Notes: generated by a model not told the origin, from the letters alone. A stretch of 64,000 bases of DNA from an uncultured Christensenellaceae bacterium (GCA_910587365.1 CAJUKJ010000007.1:6133-70132), one strand, 5' to 3'. Positions 47,116-58,886 are shown, numbered from the stretch's first letter. Made by a program: numbers and translations.

Positions 47116-49369
47116 ATGAATAATGGATATCGAATAATATCTGTCGAGGCGGTGGATGTATATAAGAGCGAACAAGAATACGGCGTTGCTGTCGGGTATA
47201 AACTACCCGAATTAAAGAGCGACGCCTATTTTTGGTTATTCAAAAACGAATTGGATTATTCGTTGGATAGTATTGAGCTTGAAAAGGCATATACGAGAAT
47301 TTGCCGCAAAAAGTTTTCCTTTGTGGACGAACATAATAATAGTTATACCCTTGCCGTAATCAATGTGAAGTTTAATTATACATACAAGCCGCAGGATGGC
47401 AAGCCTACAAAAGTCAACAATTGCGAGAATATTTTTATGTCAACGGCTTTAATGTGAACGGCATTCACTACGTCAGATACAAGCGTAGTGCCGGAAGCTC
47501 GCGCGAAGGCACTTGTCTATTTATAGACGAGCGGTTATATAAGTATATGACGAAATGGAGCGCGTGTGGTTTAGAACCAAAAAGCGATCTCGCTTCGTGG
47601 GAATCATATAGGGCTTTGTCGTTAAGCGGAATAAAAGGCACAATAGAAATACCTTTGGACGGAATACTTTTTGTGCCGGACTATAAAAGCACGTTTATAG
47701 ACGAAGTTGTATCGGTAGAATTGAAAGACGGCAAACTGACAGCCGAACAAAAGTAAACGCAAATCACCAACGATATTTGGGACGGAGAAAGCTTATTAGA
47801 CGAAAGTCTGTTTTCGGGCGAGTATGAAGATAAGCATTTTTTATTGCTTCGCAACAAGTTTTTCAAGTCTTGCGCTTTTAAGACGAAACTTCAAAAATGG
47901 CTCAAAGATAAAGGCATTACTCTCGCCGATTTGACATGCGCTATCATTTTACGGATGCGTTTGCACGTGAAAGGGACGATGAGGAACGGGAAAGCTCGGA
48001 CGGACTTGCCGAATGCGCGGACGTTATATTTACTCTGATGCATAAGTGTCCGCATTTCGACGAAACCGAACTGTACGCTAATTTTCGCTACGACGTGGTC
48101 GCAAGCCTGAAAGAAAGATTGAAATGCGGACATATTTTATTAAACGGCACGAATGCCACTTTATTCGGTAACGGCCCCGAACTGCTGAAATATATCGCCG
48201 GCGAAGAAGTTATAAGCGAATTAAAGAAATGGCAAATTCATTGTCAAAGATTCGAACACAGCGCGAAGTTACTTTGCGCACGTTCGCCGCATATTACAAT
48301 GGGCAATCTTTATCTCGCGGAAAATAATCTCGACGGCGAGATATGGGATTACTTTGACTTGGGCGAGAATATTGTCTGTGTAAACGCTATCAATGAAAAT
48401 ATACAGCAACGGCTAAACGGCTGTGATTACGATTCCGACACAATGCTTATAACGGATGATGCGCTGCTGGTTGAGACGGCTGAAAAAGACGATAGCTTGT
48501 TCAAAGTTCCCGTTTGTAATATAATGTCGGGCGGTAATTCAAACAATGCTCTTTCCGAACTCGACCACAGGACAAGCGAAAACAAAATCGGCGAAATAGT
48601 CAATCTGTCGCAAAAGCTGAACAGTATTATTTGGGATAAACTCAACAATGGCGCAAGCAAAATGGATATACTACCTATCTATAAAGATATTTGTAAACTC
48701 GCAGTTCTTTCGGGTATCGAAATAGATAAAGCAAAGCGTAATTACGACAATATAAACGCAGGAAAAGAGTTTGCTGACATTCGCAAAAGATACGATAAAC
48801 CCAACCCGGATTTCTTTCGTGAGATAGACGAGAAAAGTTATGACGGAAAGAAAGAGTATAAATTCTATGATACGGCGATGGATTTTATCTATGAGCTTGT
48901 AAGTAAAATACACTTCCGTGATGGCAGGGAGCAGTACAGTCTTTACCGTCCTATTTCGTCGGGGTTGGCGTATGATATTTCTTTGGGCAATGCTACGGAG
49001 TATAGACATAAAGATAAAATAGTAAAGATAATAGACGAATCCAAAGCGAGAGCCAATCGTCTATATATGGAACTTCGTTCTGCCGACGATCGAGAACGAG
49101 AAGTTATCTATGACCGGATAAAAGAAGAGAAGGAAGAGCGGGATAAGCAAGTTTCCAAATGGCTGTCGAACGCGAACGTGCTTATCTTAGTACTCAGACA
49201 TTATGAAAAGAACAGTGTGGCGGATTGGCGAATTTATGCAGCGTTAATAAAGCACCCTGTTTTTTCCAAACTCTTATTCGAATTATATGATAGATTTATT
49301 GTAAAGGTGGTAGAAGATTCAAACGGAGAGTATTCCATTTATGGGCGAAAATTTACAAAAAAGCTCTGA
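47116..49369 (+). pseudogene. YonO / cellular-RdRP-like two-barrel polymerase homologue, disrupted
   Basis: RYKRSAGSSREGTCLFIDE, NDIWDGESLL, CARSPHITMGNLYL and NGCDYDSDTML resemble the RdRP/YonO barrel motifs and a DbDGD-type metal site. There are two frame changes (about 47440 and about 47935) and an in-frame TAA at 47754. Confidence 0.5.
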
Positions 49370-49520
49370 AAAATGAGAATAAAAAAATTTGAATGTGGGA
49401 CGAATTGCCACAAACAAAGTAAAAAGCAGCCCGAATCAGCCGTTTTAGTGAGAAAAAATAGCAAAAATCAGTTGCATTTTGGGATAGTTAAAATTATCTA
49501 TAATCGGCGTAATAGAGGGG

Positions 49521-49553
49521 AAAGCCCGACCGCTATTTGCGGTCGGGCTTTTG
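49521..49553 (+). terminator. Rho-independent terminator
   Basis: AAAGCCCGACCGC / GCGGTCGGGCTTT stem followed by Ts. Confidence 0.7.
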
Positions 49554-49602
49554 CTATATCAAAAATAAGGAGGGCAGATAGAATATTTATAAAGACTGAT
49601 TG

Positions 49603-49676
49603 AGGCGAAATAGCGAGAAACGTATTTGGCTTGCCAAATACCGAGCGTAAACGCTCGCCTCGTTAGGGAGTACCCT
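49603..49676. promoter_or_regulatory. Cluster of nested inverted repeats (candidate oriT)
   Basis: GTATTTGG/CCAAATAC at 49622-49641, GAGCG/CGCTC at 49643-49656, outer GAGGCGA/TCGCCTC, and AGGG/CCCT at 49665-49676. The cluster lies directly upstream of the mobC remnant. Confidence 0.35.
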
Positions 49677-49737
49677 AAAACCCCGGATAAAACAAAACGA
49701 ACAAGGAGATAAAAATTATAGGTATAGGTATAGGTAA

Positions 49738-50058
49738 CAGAACAAGACCGTTCGTTACACATTCAGAGCGACGGACAAAGAACGGCAAATCATCGACGAG
49801 AAAATCAAACAAGGCGGACTGAATATGACGGAGTTCATAATACGCGCAATCACGGGCAAGCCTATTAACGTAGTCGAGAACGCGGGCGAAATTTTGACCG
49901 AATTAAAAAGGCAAGGCAATAATCTCAATCAGGCGGTGCGTAATTACTACTGCGACAACGACACGGGAGCAGAACTCGATTCGTGCGTGTGAAAACTGAA
50001 AGAGTTGTACAGCGTGTTGATTGCCGCAATAGACGGAAAGAACAATGCCGCTTCTTAA
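49738..50058 (+). pseudogene. MobC-like relaxosome accessory protein remnant
   Basis: TVRYTFRATDKERQIIDEKI...ELKRQGNNLNQAVRN is a MobC-type motif. There is no start codon after the upstream TAA (49735), and there is an in-frame TGA at 49990. Confidence 0.7.
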
Positions 50059-51392
50059 ATGCAGTGCGGGAAAAGCGAGATCGCAAGCGGCTATCGGGTA
50101 CATAACAAACCCCAAGAAAGTTGAAATGGTCTCGGTAAGAAATCTTTTCGAGGACGAGGACTACGCAAAACAATTCGAAGAAACCGCGGAGTTATACGGA
50201 AAAGGAAAAGGCTTTCACGAGCGCAAGTATTACCATTTCAAACTGTAGTGCGCGAGGCAAGATAACCTTATTCCGCAAGAAGCGCATAAGTTCGCGGAAG
50301 AAGTTGCGGAAAAGCTGTTTCGAGACTATGAATGCGTTTTAGCCACGCATACGGATACCGATACCGTCCACAGCCACATAATTGTAAACGCCGTCAATCC
50401 GCTTACGGGAAAGAAGTTACAGTTCAGTACCAAAGATTACATTGCTATGAAAGACGAGGTCAACCGCATGGGAAAAGAGCGCGGCTATACCGAAACGGAT
50501 TTCCGTAAACGCGGCAAGAACAGCCGTACTGCGGTTGAAAGAAAAATTATGCTTAATGGCGGTGTATCTTGGAAAGAAGAATTGCGCGAGGTTATAGTTG
50601 AAGCCATTGGAAAAACCAAAGACGAGCAATGCTTCAAAGACTATCTCAAAAAGTGTTACGGCGTAGAGATAACGAGAAGCGGCAAAGATTATTCCTATCT
50701 TCATCCGCAAAAGCAAAAGCCTATCCGAGGGGCAAAGCTCGGAACATACTATACAAAAAGCGAGGTATTAAGAAAACTTGGAGAACAAAATAACGGGCAA
50801 AAGTCCGCAACCGATAGCGGACGCGGACGCGATATCGTTCGAGGACAATCTTCTGGCGCAAGCGTTGTGCGAACAAGTAGACCTACTTACCGCAGAAGCG
50901 CGGGAAGGGCTATTGTACAAAGCCTTGACAGTATCGAACGCGAAATGCAACAAATTAGTTTCGGATCAGAATGCGCGAATCGAGGAACTGACGTGGCAAG
51001 TGAAGAACGTAAGATTGAACGTGAACGAACTCGAATGGAATCTGAAAGAAGAAAACGAGAGCTTGCTGAAAAGAATGAAGCAGCAAGCCGAGAGTATGCA
51101 GACGAACATACGGGAGAATGTTCGTCAGTTGCAGAGTCTGACGGAACAGATACAAGCCGAAGTAAGTACGGCTACGGCAAAGGCGACTGACGAGGCGGCA
51201 AATCTATTAACTCGGCGCATCGATGATGCGGCAGATAAAGCCACGCAAAGGATAACCGAGAACACGGAAGAAATTACAGGGAAATTGAAAGACATAGGAA
51301 AAGAAATAGACGAAGCGAAAAAAGATATTTATTACGAGCGCGGCTTCCGTAAGTTTATGTTCTGGGTAACGCCTATTCTTCTTCTCGCTTAA
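50045..51392 (+). pseudogene. MobA/VirD2-family relaxase, disrupted
   Basis: N-terminal MPLLKC...YYHFKL, then an in-frame TAG at 50246. The same frame continues through ATHTDTDTVHSHIIVNAV (the HxDxxHxH-type motif). The coiled-coil and TM tail lies in another frame from about 50778. Confidence 0.75.
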
Positions 51393-51458
51393 ACCGTAGT
51401 AAACGTATTTTTGCTTTTACACTGAAAACTTTTCTCTAAAACTCTTGACAAACGGCAA

Positions 51459-51498
51459 AAAATATTTCATATCGTATATATACGATATGAAATATTTT
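51459..51498. repeat. Perfect 40-bp palindrome (candidate operator)
   Basis: AAATATTTCATATCGTATA | TATACGATATGAAATATTT. I checked it base by base from the centre at 51478/51479. It sits between a TTGACA box (51446-51451) and the GGAGG RBS of the next ORF. Confidence 0.9.
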
Positions 51499-51509
51499 GG
51501 AGGTTTGTT

Positions 51510-53477
<1,968 letters not shown>

Positions 53478-53503
53478 AAACAAAATGTGTGATTGCCTTG
53501 GGG

Positions 53504-53900
53504 ATGATAAAAAAATCCCCAAGGACAATTAGCACATACGAAATGGAATTGCAAGTATCACATAGTGTTCGCACCGAAGTACAGACGAAAAGTATTTATT
53601 GAAGAGAAGCGTTTAGAAATACGTGAAATATTGCGCACATTATGCCAATGGAAAGGAGTAGAGGTAATCGAGGGCGTAATATGTCCAGATCATATACATA
53701 TGTTGGTAAGTATACCACCCAAAATGAGAGTTGCGGGGTTTATGGGATATTTGAAAGGAAAAAGTAGCCTTATGATAAACCAAAAGTGTGGGAATATGAA
53801 ATTTGCATACCGCAATCGCGAATTTTGGTGTAAAGGTTACTATGTGGATACGGTAGGCAAAAATACTGCTACAATAAAAGAGTATATAGCAAGCCAATTT
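53504..53900 (+). mobile_element. tnpA: IS200/IS605-family tnpA (Y1 HUH transposase), frameshifted at the 5' end and truncated at the 3' end
   Basis: LAHTKWNCKYHIVFAPKYRRK...CPDHIHMLVSIPPK...GYLKGKSS...YRNREFWCKGYYVDTVG. The ATG at 53504 is 61 nt (one nt out of frame) from the GTG at 53565, across a run of seven A. Homology ends at the repeat edge, about 53897. Confidence 0.8.
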
Positions 53901-54177
53901 TTACAAATTTTTTTATATATAAGTATTTTTATTAGTGAATTAATTGTAAAAGAGTAATTTTAGGATATATATTTTCGTATAAATCGACAATATTTTTGTT
54001 TAATTTACATAGAAAGGTGCATTTGGGCATATAATTTAATACTTTAAATTTCGGAGAGAAGTATGTTTGACTATATTGCCGAACGAGTGATAAAGGAAGG
54101 GAATTACATTATAGAAACAGGTACGACCGTAAGGTCGGCAGCAACACATTTTAATATTTCTAAATCTACTGTACATA
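53897..54177 (+). repeat. Right copy of the long direct repeat (spoIIID promoter plus codons 1-39)
   Basis: See the left copy at 27791-28071. This copy continues into the rest of spoIIID. Confidence 0.95.
54009..54035 (+). promoter_or_regulatory. SigmaE-like promoter of spoIIID
   Basis: Same sequence as 27903-27929 (ATA-16-CATATAAT), about 28 nt upstream of the ATG. Confidence 0.35.
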
Positions 54178-54311
54178 AAGATGTAACTGAACGACTTAAA
54201 GGTATTGACAGGCAACTTTATATAGAAGTAAGGGAGGTTCTTAATAAAAACCTCTCGGAGCGGCATATTCGCGGAGGTTTAGCAACAAGGAATAAATATT
54301 TAAACAAATAA
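54063..54311 (+). CDS. spoIIID: Stage III sporulation transcriptional regulator SpoIIID
   Basis: 82 aa: MFDYIAERVIKEGNYIIETGTTVRSAATHFNISKSTVHKDVTERL...RHIRGGLATRNKY. It is colinear with B. subtilis SpoIIID as I recall it (KSTVHKD.TERL, RH.RGG.AT). Confidence 0.92.
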   Translation: MFDYIAERVIKEGNYIIETGTTVRSAATHFNISKSTVHKDVTERLKGIDRQLYIEVREVLNKNLSERHIRGGLATRNKYLNK

Positions 54312-54450
54312 TAAATATTGAAATAGAAGTAAAATAAATTTTATACTATTCCGACATTGCTATGTAAAATGGGAATTTGCATAAGAAAACACAATGTAAG
54401 TATGAAAGTAAATTTTACCCTAATTTTACACTTTTTTCATTGTTTAAAAA

Positions 54451-54479
54451 TTGAAAAATCGCGCTTATTGTGATATAAT
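54451..54479 (+). promoter_or_regulatory. SigmaA-type promoter TTGAAA-17-TATAAT with TGn
   Basis: TTGAAA at 54451-54456 and TGATATAAT at 54471-54479. The tracked TTG start at 54451 is this -35 box. Confidence 0.65.
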
Positions 54480-54510
54480 GAATTTAATAAACATAATGTC
54501 GGATAAGCTA

Positions 54511-57426
54511 ATGACGAAACTTTTAGGTATAGACGTCGGTTCTACCACTGTAAAGGTCACGGTAATCGACGGCGTTAACGTAATATATAAATCCTACGTC
54601 CGCCATTTTGCGCGCGTTAAAGAAACCGTACTTTCGGAACTTAAAAACGTGCGCGAAAAGTTTGGCGGAGAATATTCCGTAAGTATAACGGGCAGTGCGG
54701 GGTTAGGGCTTTCACAGCGAAGCGGGCTGAACTTCATTCAGGAGGTACAGGCTGCCTTTATTGCTATACGTAAATTTTACCCCGACGCGGATGCTGCGGT
54801 AGAGCTTGGCGGAGAAGATGCGAAGATAATTTTCATAACTGGCGGAACCGAACAGCGTATGAACGGTAGCTGTGCCGGCGGAACAGGCGCATTTATCGAC
54901 CAGATGGCAACCCTTTTGAATATAACCGTTACGGAAATGGACGATTATGCTTTAAAGTCCAATAAAATTTACCCCATCGCTTCGCGTTGCGGCGTATTTG
55001 CTAAGTCGGATATCCAGCCTCTTATAAACCAAGGCGCACTCAAAGAAGATATAGCGGCGTCAATATTTCAGGCAGTTGTAGACCAAACCGTATCGGGTCT
55101 TGCGCAAGGCAGGCGCATAAAAGGTAAAGTTTTGTTTCTCGGCGGACCTTTACACTTTTTGAAGGCATTGAGAAAAGCTTTTGTAACGACCTTGAAACTT
55201 ACTGACGAAAACGCAATTTTTCCTGAGGACGCCCCCTGCTTTATGTCCATAGGTGCGGCACTCGGCTCTGTCGGAGTTGAAGCATTAAACATATATGAAA
55301 TTATCTCGAAGGTCGAGGGTGTGCAGGAAAGCGACGATATCGTCACGGGAGAGCCGCTTTTTGAAAGTAAAGAAGAATATGCACAATTTGTAAAGCGTCA
55401 CCGTGCAACCGATTTGAAGTTCGCAGATATCGAAACTTATACGGGCGACTGCTATCTCGGCATCGATTCGGGTTCGACTACGACGAAGCTTATGCTTATA
55501 ACCCCCGATTGCCGCATACTTTACTCACACTACCAATCAAATAACGGGCAACCGTTGGATGTTATAATTTCTAAATTAAAAGAAATTTACAAATTGGGTG
55601 CGGGTAGATTAAAGATACGCGGAAGTGCGGTTACGGGATACGGAGAGGATTTAATAAAAAGTGCAATAAAAGCAGATTTCGGCATAGTTGAAACGGTTGC
55701 GCATTTTAAGGCGGCACTTCATTTTAATCCTAAGGTAGATTTTATAATAGATATCGGCGGACAGGATATAAAATGTTTTAAGATTAAAAACGGCGCAATA
55801 GACTCGATAATGCTTAACGAGGCATGCTCGTCGGGCTGCGGATCGTTTATCCAGACTTTTGCCCGTGCAATGGGAATGGAAATAGACAAGTTCTCGCAAG
55901 AGGGCTTATATGCAAAACATCCCGTCGAACTCGGTTCGCGCTGTACCGTATTTATGAACAGTGCGGTAAAGCAAGCACAGAAAGAGGGTGCGGGCGTTGA
56001 CGATATTTCAGCAGGATTGTCTTCCTCGATAGTCAAAAACGCGATATATAAAGTAATCCGTGCGGCAAGCGCGGACGAGCTTGGCGATAACATCGTCGTT
56101 CAGGGCGGAACCTTCTTAAACGATGCAGTTCTTCGCTCATTTGAAAAGGAAACGGGTAAAAACGTAATCCGTCCCGGAATTGCGGGACTTATGGGTGCAT
56201 TCGGTGCGGCGTTATACGCCATCGAAAACTCAAAGGGCGAAAGCACGACTCTTCCCGAGAATGAGCTTGAAAGCTTTACGTATATTTCAAAATCGGCAAA
56301 CTGTCACGGCTGTACTTCAAACTGCAACATAAATATAATTTCCTTCGGCGACGGCAGAAGGTACGTTTCGGGAAATAAGTGCGAAAAAGGCGCGGGACTT
56401 AAACCCGCATCGTCCGAGCTTGATATTTATACATACAAGCAGACAAGGCTTCTTGAAAGCGTGAAGGGAGTTAAGGGCGGACGCGGAAAGGTTGGGTTGC
56501 CCCTGCAACTCGGTATGTACGAACAGCTTCCTTTATGGGCGGGCTTTTTTGAAAAAATCGGTTTTGAAGTAATTCTTTCCGAAAAGTCTTCACGTTCGCT
56601 GTATTTCAAAGGTCAGCATACCGTTGCTTCGGATACGGCTTGCTATCCCGCTAAGCTTATGCACGGTCATATCGAAAGTCTTCTCGATAAAGGTGTGGAC
56701 TTCATATTTCTGCCCTGTGAAAGCTACAATATAGACGAACACTGCTCAACCAACCACTACAACTGCCCGGTTGTTGCATATTATCCCGAGCTTTTGAAAG
56801 CAAATAACGAGCGTTTGACCGAACAAAACTTTATAATGCCGTATATCGATTTGAATATGCGCGCCAATACGGTTAAAAAGCTTCACGCCATATTTAAAAA
56901 ATACGGTGTTAAAAAACGCGAAATAGCTAACGGGCTTGACGAGGGCTTTGCTTGCCTCGAAGCTTATCATAAAGATGTAAAAAATAAAGCCGACGACATT
57001 CTTGCAAAGGCAACACAGGAGGGTAAGCAGGTTATAATTCTTGCAGGCAGACCTTACCACCTCGACAATGAAATAAACCACGGCATAAATAAACTTCTTA
57101 CCTCTTTAAACCTTGCAGTTCTTTCTGAGGACAGCATTTTCGATAAAACCGACGTCGTTAAAGTAAATGTGTTAAACCAATGGACTTACCACGCTCGGCT
57201 TTACCGAGCCGCCGATTTTGCGGCAAAACACGACAACGTAAACTTAGTACAGCTTGTATCGTTCGGATGCGGGCTTGACGCAATTACTGCGGATGAAGTA
57301 CGTTCTATTATGGAAAAGAACGGTAAGCTTTACACTCAGATAAAGATTGATGAAATAAACAACCTCGGCGTAGTTAAGATAAGACTGAGAAGTCTGCTTG
57401 CAGCAATAGAGGAAACCAATAAATAA
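54511..57426 (+). CDS. Fused double BcrAD/BadFG-type ATPase (acyl-CoA dehydratase activase-like) with a DUF2229-type C-terminal domain
   Basis: Two LGIDxGSTTxK ATPase starts (MTKLLGIDVGSTTVK and CYLGIDSGSTTTK), each followed by a GGQD/GGED motif, then a long C-terminal domain. The start could instead be the ATG at 54496. Confidence 0.8.
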   Translation: MTKLLGIDVGSTTVKVTVIDGVNVIYKSYVRHFARVKETVLSELKNVREKFGGEYSVSITGSAGLGLSQRSGLNFIQEVQAAFIAIRKFYPDADAAVELGGEDAKIIFITGGTEQRMNGSCAGGTGAFIDQMATLLNITVTEMDDYALKSNKIYPIASRCGVFAKSDIQPLINQGALKEDIAASIFQAVVDQTVSGLAQGRRIKGKVLFLGGPLHFLKALRKAFVTTLKLTDENAIFPEDAPCFMSIGAALGSVGVEALNIYEIISKVEGVQESDDIVTGEPLFESKEEYAQFVKRHRATDLKFADIETYTGDCYLGIDSGSTTTKLMLITPDCRILYSHYQSNNGQPLDVIISKLKEIYKLGAGRLKIRGSAVTGYGEDLIKSAIKADFGIVETVAHFKAALHFNPKVDFIIDIGGQDIKCFKIKNGAIDSIMLNEACSSGCGSFIQTFARAMGMEIDKFSQEGLYAKHPVELGSRCTVFMNSAVKQAQKEGAGVDDISAGLSSSIVKNAIYKVIRAASADELGDNIVVQGGTFLNDAVLRSFEKETGKNVIRPGIAGLMGAFGAALYAIENSKGESTTLPENELESFTYISKSANCHGCTSNCNINIISFGDGRRYVSGNKCEKGAGLKPASSELDIYTYKQTRLLESVKGVKGGRGKVGLPLQLGMYEQLPLWAGFFEKIGFEVILSEKSSRSLYFKGQHTVASDTACYPAKLMHGHIESLLDKGVDFIFLPCESYNIDEHCSTNHYNCPVVAYYPELLKANNERLTEQNFIMPYIDLNMRANTVKKLHAIFKKYGVKKREIANGLDEGFACLEAYHKDVKNKADDILAKATQEGKQVIILAGRPYHLDNEINHGINKLLTSLNLAVLSEDSIFDKTDVVKVNVLNQWTYHARLYRAADFAAKHDNVNLVQLVSFGCGLDAITADEVRSIMEKNGKLYTQIKIDEINNLGVVKIRLRSLLAAIEETNK

Positions 57427-57465
57427 AATGCAAAGATACATTGCTATTGCAGCTTTGCATTTTTG
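57425..57465 (+). terminator. Hairpin with T-run between the two activase-related genes (terminator or attenuator)
   Basis: AAAATGCAAAG / CTTTGCATTTT stem with a 17-nt loop. Confidence 0.45.
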
Positions 57466-57493
57466 AAAATTTTTAAACTAAACGCTATTGAAT

Positions 57494-58759
57494 ATGGATA
57501 AAATTACCGACTATACAAACGACTACCCCAAGTGGGACAAGTCTATGAAGGCAACTCATAAAATACTTGTGCCGAATATGCTTCCATGGCATTTTCTTAT
57601 AATTCAGGAACTGCTGAAAATGGAAGGGTATAATGTAGAAGTGCTTACGAACGATTCCCGCAACGTAATCGACGAGGGGTTGAAGCACGTTCATAATGAT
57701 ACGTGCTATCCTTGCCTTTGCGTAGTGGGTCAGTACATCGACGCGCTTAAAAGCGGCAAGTACGATTTGGAGCATACCGCGCTTTTGATAACGCAGACGG
57801 GCGGCGGTTGCCGTGCTTCCAATTACGTTCCGCTTATAAGAAAAGCTATCGCGGCAGAGTTTCCCAAAGTTCCCGTTTTGTCCGTAAATTTTTCGGGTCT
57901 TGAAAAAAATTCGTCTTTTGAAATGACGTTAAGTCTGCTACTAAAAATGGCTTATGCGATTTTCTATGGCGACAGCATTATGTGGTGTTATAACCAGACC
58001 AAGCCGTATGAATTAAATGCAGGCGATGCGGACAAAGCCCGCGACGAAACCGTAAAATTTATAGTCGACGCGTTTAAGGCAGGTAAGTACGGCAAATATA
58101 AAAAGCTGAATAAACGCATTATAGACACTTTTTCCGCAGTCAGGCGCAGCGGGGAAAAGAAAGTTAAAGTCGGCATCGTCGGGGAAATTTACGTCAAGTA
58201 CGCACACCTCGGAAATAACCGACTTGAAGAGTTTTTAATTTCCGAAAACTGCGAACCCGTAGTTCCCGCACTTATGGACTTTGTGTTGTACTGTATTATA
58301 AACGTGGTAAATGACAGAAAGCTTTACGGGCATAATGCGGGTACGGCTTTTTTATATAAGCTGGTCTATAACGTTCTGCACGGTAAGCAGAAAAAAATAA
58401 TAAAGCAGTTCAAAAAGGACGGCAATTTTGAACCTGTCCACGACTTCGAGCATTTGCGCAAGTGTGCGGACAAGGTGTTAAACCAGGGCGTAAAGATGGG
58501 CGAGGGTTGGCTTATCCCCGCGGAAATGGCTGCGCTTGCGGAAACGGATGTACCTAACATAGTCTGCGCACAGCCCTTCGGGTGTCTTCCGAACCACATA
58601 GCGGGCAAGGGCGCAATACGCACCCTTAAAAATCTGTACGCTGACGAAAATATCGTCGCGGTGGATTACGACCCGTCGGCAACCAAGGTCAACCAGGAAA
58701 ACAGGATAAAATTAATGCTTGCAACTGCAAGGGAAAATAATGGACGAATAAATAATTAA
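57494..58759 (+). CDS. 2-hydroxyacyl-CoA dehydratase-related protein (activase partner)
   Basis: About 420 aa with DTCYPC and GGGCRASNY motifs recalled from the HgdB/BcrC-like family. ATG at 57494 (tracked TTG at 57488). Confidence 0.7.
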   Translation: MDKITDYTNDYPKWDKSMKATHKILVPNMLPWHFLIIQELLKMEGYNVEVLTNDSRNVIDEGLKHVHNDTCYPCLCVVGQYIDALKSGKYDLEHTALLITQTGGGCRASNYVPLIRKAIAAEFPKVPVLSVNFSGLEKNSSFEMTLSLLLKMAYAIFYGDSIMWCYNQTKPYELNAGDADKARDETVKFIVDAFKAGKYGKYKKLNKRIIDTFSAVRRSGEKKVKVGIVGEIYVKYAHLGNNRLEEFLISENCEPVVPALMDFVLYCIINVVNDRKLYGHNAGTAFLYKLVYNVLHGKQKKIIKQFKKDGNFEPVHDFEHLRKCADKVLNQGVKMGEGWLIPAEMAALAETDVPNIVCAQPFGCLPNHIAGKGAIRTLKNLYADENIVAVDYDPSATKVNQENRIKLMLATARENNGRINN

Positions 58760-58805
58760 CGTCAAAGCGACCTGGTTTTCTGTAAAAATGAACTTAATAT
58801 AACTA

Positions 58806-58836
58806 AAAGAGTCAAGCTGTGGCTTGACTCTTTTTC
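58806..58836 (+). terminator. Rho-independent terminator
   Basis: AAAGAGTCAAGC / GCTTGACTCTTT stem followed by Ts. Confidence 0.8.
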
Positions 58837-58886
58837 TATATCGAAAAATCAGGTAAAATGAAAGTAAAACTTTAAGGAGAGAATAA

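Noticed and set aside
46906-47175. Minus-strand ORF containing YNIGNSN, the same heptapeptide as in the epimerase (VYNIGNSNPEN).
   Set aside because: The underlying DNA is not similar to the epimerase gene. The peptide arises antisense to the MBOAT fragment FFKKIAVADIIG, so it is a coincidence. The real nucleotide-level epimerase scrap is at 47041-47075 on the plus strand.
49373-49603. 76-aa ORF after the polymerase-like pseudogene.
   Set aside because: It is basic and low-complexity, and it spans a clear terminator hairpin (49521-49553). No RBS is present.
49700-49735. Short GGTATAGGTATAGGTA repeat, considered as a possible CRISPR-like or iteron array.
   Set aside because: There are only about two and a half units of a 6-nt motif and no spacer structure. 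It is too short to call. No CRISPR-like arrays were seen anywhere in the window.
49990-50248. The in-frame TGA (mobC) and TAG (relaxase) as possible stop-codon recoding (selenocysteine, pyrrolysine or an alternative genetic code).
   Set aside because: TGA and TAG terminate well-supported genes elsewhere in the window, for example at 30702 and 62737. The same element also carries frameshifts and a missing start codon, so pseudogenisation is the simpler reading.
50778-51392. The 204-aa coiled-coil and TM ORF as an independent intact gene.
   Set aside because: It starts inside the relaxase reading frame, exactly where the relaxase-frame translation degenerates into low-complexity Arg/Ser/Gly sequence. 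It is more likely the frameshifted C-terminal part of the relaxase. A separate overlapping gene cannot be excluded.
54451-54510. TTG start at 54451 for the activase gene, which would add MKNRAYCDIMNLINIMSDKL.
   Set aside because: The TTG is the -35 hexamer of a near-consensus promoter (TTGAAA-17-TATAAT). Translation must start downstream of the transcript start, at the ATG at 54496 or 54511.
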